DNA of 64,000 nucleotides from Asterias rubens (Eukaryota): positions 16,554,001 to 16,618,000 of the forward strand of contig NC_047070.1 in assembly GCF_902459465.1 (NCBI RefSeq). Reading direction: 5' to 3'. Positions 60,076 to 64,000 of the stretch are shown piece by piece. A program made the translations under genes and the position numbers. A model generated the notes under the pieces. The model worked only from the letters and a program-made list of their open reading frames with translations, made no database searches and was not told the origin of the DNA. The first letter of the stretch is position 1. Every line of letters starts with the position of its first letter.

Positions 60076-61126
60076 CGACAGAACGCAAACTTTTAAGTAC
60101 CAATGCCCAATTTTTTTCCCTGAATATGTTACATAACCAGAATGATTTAGATACCACGACAAATCAATAATGCACAATACATTATAAAAAATATATTCAA
60201 AAGGAATTTATGTTGTTTTGTCACGAAGTGCCTTAATGGGCTGCACATTTTTCTTAGAACTTTACACGAAACAAAATCTGCAGCTGGAATTACAATCATA
60301 AGTAAACTTTAAAAGCACACAAGCAACTACCCAATAATTAGTGTTACATGGTTTGTGCACAGTCCAGGCCCACGCACAAATCTTTCCAAGCATGTACTAA
60401 TCACGATTTGAACATAACACCAAGTCACACATCACGACCACAATCCATGATCGATATGCAATGACAAAAAGCCTTAAACACCAAACAATTCTCAAGAAAT
60501 GTTGAGACCGTCCAGACGTTTTAAGGCTTCTTCCTTTTGAGGTATCAACAGAACAACTAATAAGCGGGAAATCTTCCATAGTCGCTCTGTGTGGGGGAAC
60601 ATAGTTCCACGAAATTGTCTTCGACTAAACAGTATAGGCCCCCTAATCGGTCGGTTGACACATATAAATGACCAGAGAAGCCTTATAACTTCATCAACCG
60701 TTCCATGTTCCTTTATGGCTGTCTTGAAAGGCCCTTTAAGGAACACTCAAAGGATTTCCAAAGATGTGATCAATTGACGTCATTAATATTCGATCTTCCT
60801 CATCAGTTCGATCTTGTTATTTAGATTCTTGATGATATCACGCCCATATGATTATTGGTTGATCTCCATATATACACCAAGTGTCAGTTTTGTGACGTAC
60901 TTTCAGACAGCAATGAACCTGTTAAATTTAAGGGGGGGGGGCACAATTTTTGTTCTACGGGACACCATGAAGCAATGACAGGTCCTTGTTTTATGTGGAC
61001 ACACACGCACAAAGATTGTTTATTCTGAAAACATGTGAAAAATAGGCCCCAATGATCGGCTGAAAAATAGACTGTTCAAAGTCCCACGAAAACATTGTTG
61101 GCTATTTGTCGTTAATTGAAACATAA

Positions 61127-61475
61127 GGACACTTTCACGTGACTTTATTAATGACACTTTCTCAGGACACCTGTTAGTGACACTTTCACTAGCACATTAT
61201 TAAGGACACGTTCACATTGCATTTTTAATGGCACTTTAACAGGAAACTTTCACGGGACACTTTCACAGGACGACACAATGATGACACTTTCTCAGGACAC
61301 CTTTTAAGGACACTTTCACTAGCACTATAATATTAAAGACCCGGCCCATTCACAGGGCAATTTTAAGGACACTTTAACGGGACACTTTCACAGGACACTT
61401 TCACACTAGAAGGACACTTTCACAGGACACTTTCACAGGACACTATATGACACTTTCATCGTGACACTTTCACTG
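61127..61475. repeat. Degenerate 13-bp-core minisatellite (GGACACTTTCACA)
   Basis: Many GACACTTTCAC variants. Confidence 0.85.
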
Positions 61476-62319
61476 GTACATTGATGGGCTCATACTATAA
61501 CTATAAGTATATAAAATACGCACACCTTGAACGCATAGGCTTATCGCTGCAAGCAAACATTTGAATAATTGATTGAACTACGCTATAGTCTGCTCCCGAT
61601 CAATTGATCATCATAAAACAACATGCCTTGTCCATCAAAAGATACAAGTTTTCCTCGAAAAAGGACGGGTCGATGGGATGGCCTGTGGAAGATGTAAGGG
61701 GGGGGGGTAGAGTGGGTGGTGGTGGTGGGGGAGGTCAGCTGTAGCGAGGTGAGAGCCCTGTTCTCCCTATGTCTGAGTAGTATTGATCGGGTTCTGCACG
61801 CCACCTTCAGACCTTTTATTCCAACTCACCTTCAGCGCTTACTGAGCCGTCAAGGTAAACCCGTCTGATATTTCCTGCTATAGGGCCACTTAGCAGCAAA
61901 AATAACAGCAGACAAAACAGGTGTCTGTGAGTATGAATGGAAACGAACCAGGGTCTATGACATGCATGCATGTTTAACTCTTATGTTTGTCATGGCACAA
62001 AGCCAAGAAGCGTGGTGAGCTCGTGGGCAGTGCATAATACTAAGATGAATATTATTTAGATAAATCTGCTCAATTTTGTAAATTGTGTAACTTTATCTTC
62101 TTTTTGAATTGTGTATTCTCTGTATGTTTTCCAGCGATTCGACCCTTGGTTGCCATTGTAAACAAAAAAAAACCGTCAATGAAATGAAATGAAGTGAATA
62201 TGAATATAGACTCCTCTCAATATTAATATGAATATAGACACCTTTCAATTATAATATGTAATATAACACCAGACATTTATATAGTGCATACCAGAGAAAG
62301 AGGTTAGTCCTCACTCAAA

Positions 62320-62510
62320 TATTAAAGCCTTTTTCGGCATCTGAAAGCACATCTTGTGCGACAAGGGTGTTTTTTCTTCCCTTATTCTCTTGCAACTTCG
62401 ATGACCAATCAGACCAAATTTGTACAGGTTTGTTTTTGTATGCATAAAGTTGGGATACACTAAGTGAGAACAATGGCTTTGGCAAGTACAAAACGTGTCC
62501 AGTGCCTTAA
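62320..62510 (-). mobile_element. K1 MITE partial copy (reverse)
   Basis: GGCATCTGAAAGCACA ... GTGTCCAGTGCCTTAA. Confidence 0.7.
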
Positions 62511-63004
62511 ATCGGAGTGCAGTTGGAATAAGATGTGTGTTATATTGAGAACGAGGTTCGCGTGACATTGCATGCACTGTCAGCATGGATGTGCTCAACT
62601 CACTGAACTGTGTCTGGTTCTGAGAGAGCCCTTTGAAACCCAGTCAGAATTTAAGCTCCAGTCATTGCTCCATGATCAGACCATCGAGCATTGATCAGAC
62701 TCATGTCATACTTTATAAATATTTAATCACTTATCCATTAAGGGGTTGTGCATGGTTGATCCATAGTCACAGGGCGAGCCGATTTTAATGCTTGTCTTGT
62801 ACGTTTTGTGACTATACCTAAAACTTATTTAATAATTAAGCATACAAATTTTTAAAGAAATTAATCAAAGTGTTCACACACTGGGAAATGTAGCATTATT
62901 GAATATTTTGATGAAAAAAGGGTCAATATTATTCAAACGTCTTTTCCTAAAGTCGTTGCAATTTTATACAGTGAGGCTATTAAACTGCACAACAATTTGT
63001 AATG

Positions 63005-63462
63005 AAAATGTGAGCATAGTTTCTAATTAAGATTATTGGGTTGAAATATGTTGTTTAAATGACTTTCATTCTCTAAGAACAAGATCTACAACACTCTCAT
63101 GTACTCCCAAATGAGCAATTCCTAGCCGCAGTTTACAGTGTGGTTTTAAACTTTACAAAACAATCATGGAAACGTGAGCTAGTTTCTGATTAAGATTATT
63201 GGGTTGAAATATGTTGTTTAAATGACTTTCCTTCTCTAAGAACAAGATCTACAACACTCCCATGTACTCCCAAATGAGCAATTCCTAGCCACAGTTTACG
63301 GTGTGGTTTTTAAACTTAAAAAAACAATAACGAAAACGTGAGCTAGTTTCTGATTAAGATTGTTGGGTTGACAACTGTTGTTTAGATGATTTCATTCTTT
63401 AAAAACAAGATTTACAACACTCCGTTGTACTCCCCAATGAGCAATTCCCCAAGCCACAGTTT
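63005..63462. repeat. 164-bp tandem repeat, about 2.8 copies
   Basis: GTGAGC anchors at 63010, 63174 and 63338. Confidence 0.9.
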
Positions 63463-64000
63463 CTACGACACAGTGTCCGACCCAGAATGTGTTGTTATAC
63501 ACACAGTGATTGCCAACAATTGTCAGTCTTATTATTGCGTCTAATCCGTTGGGACAGGGAAGGCTGCACTCGATGAAGATTCTTTTCAGCCCAGAACTCG
63601 AGATTTATCGAGTTCTGGGAAACCGGCGTTTGAAACTAGAGAAAATTTAACTGTAACCTTGTAGACAACTGGACTTTTCATAACAGGTCAACTTTCGCGC
63701 TTAAATGAGATCTTAAGTTAACGAAGAGCGGCGGAAAGGGGAAGAATTTTATGCTGATAAGTGGAACTTTAGGCCTTTATAGACAATGGTGGGGTGCATA
63801 AGAATTGGCTCCAACGAGCCATGTACCGTAAATACTCAACAGACCGGACACTTTCATTGAAGTCTTATCCTGTGCCAGCTAAGCCTGTCACTTTCAGTGT
63901 TCAACAAGTCAAAATCAAAAACAATGGTTAAACAAACAAACAAACACACCGACAAACAAGCAGACAACAAGCATAACAACACAACAGCAACACTAAAATT

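Noticed and set aside
60400-60900. Possible decayed ORF on the minus strand (..NLNNKIELMRK..GPFKTAIKEHGTVDEV..)
   Set aside because: It has multiple stops and no motif I recognise; a tblastx/HMM search would be needed.
63590-63619. Perfect 12-bp hairpin followed by GAAAC as a hammerhead or terminator
   Set aside because: There is no CTGANGA directly before the stem, and intrinsic terminators are not relevant in this context.

Overview
This is AT-rich animal genomic DNA, not prokaryotic. The repeat content suggests a marine invertebrate such as a sea star, but that is inference. One large intron-rich gene lies on the minus strand: an STK32/YANK-family Ser/Thr kinase. Six coding exons (52+56+326+38+90+104 nt = 222 codons) run from the ATG at 46823 to 249, all with GT-AG boundaries and consistent phases; the 3' exons lie beyond the left edge. 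A possible non-coding first exon and promoter sit near 53.2-53.5 kb. The introns and upstream region hold a decayed L2/CR1-group LINE, a near-identical 3' copy of it, about 12 copies of a TTAA-flanked (Kolobok/T2-type) MITE, other MITEs, tRNA-derived SINEs and many tandem repeats. The most notable observations are: strong enrichment of TACATGTA that stops near the gene's 5' end; an APE-to-APD change in the kinase; a satellite born from a MITE terminus; a 1.7-kb TIR element with six exact 14-mers; a fold-back element carrying half of a hammerhead-like core; and RFX X-box motifs. I found no CRISPR array, intact RNA gene or clearly novel protein-coding system. All counts and alignments were done by eye.
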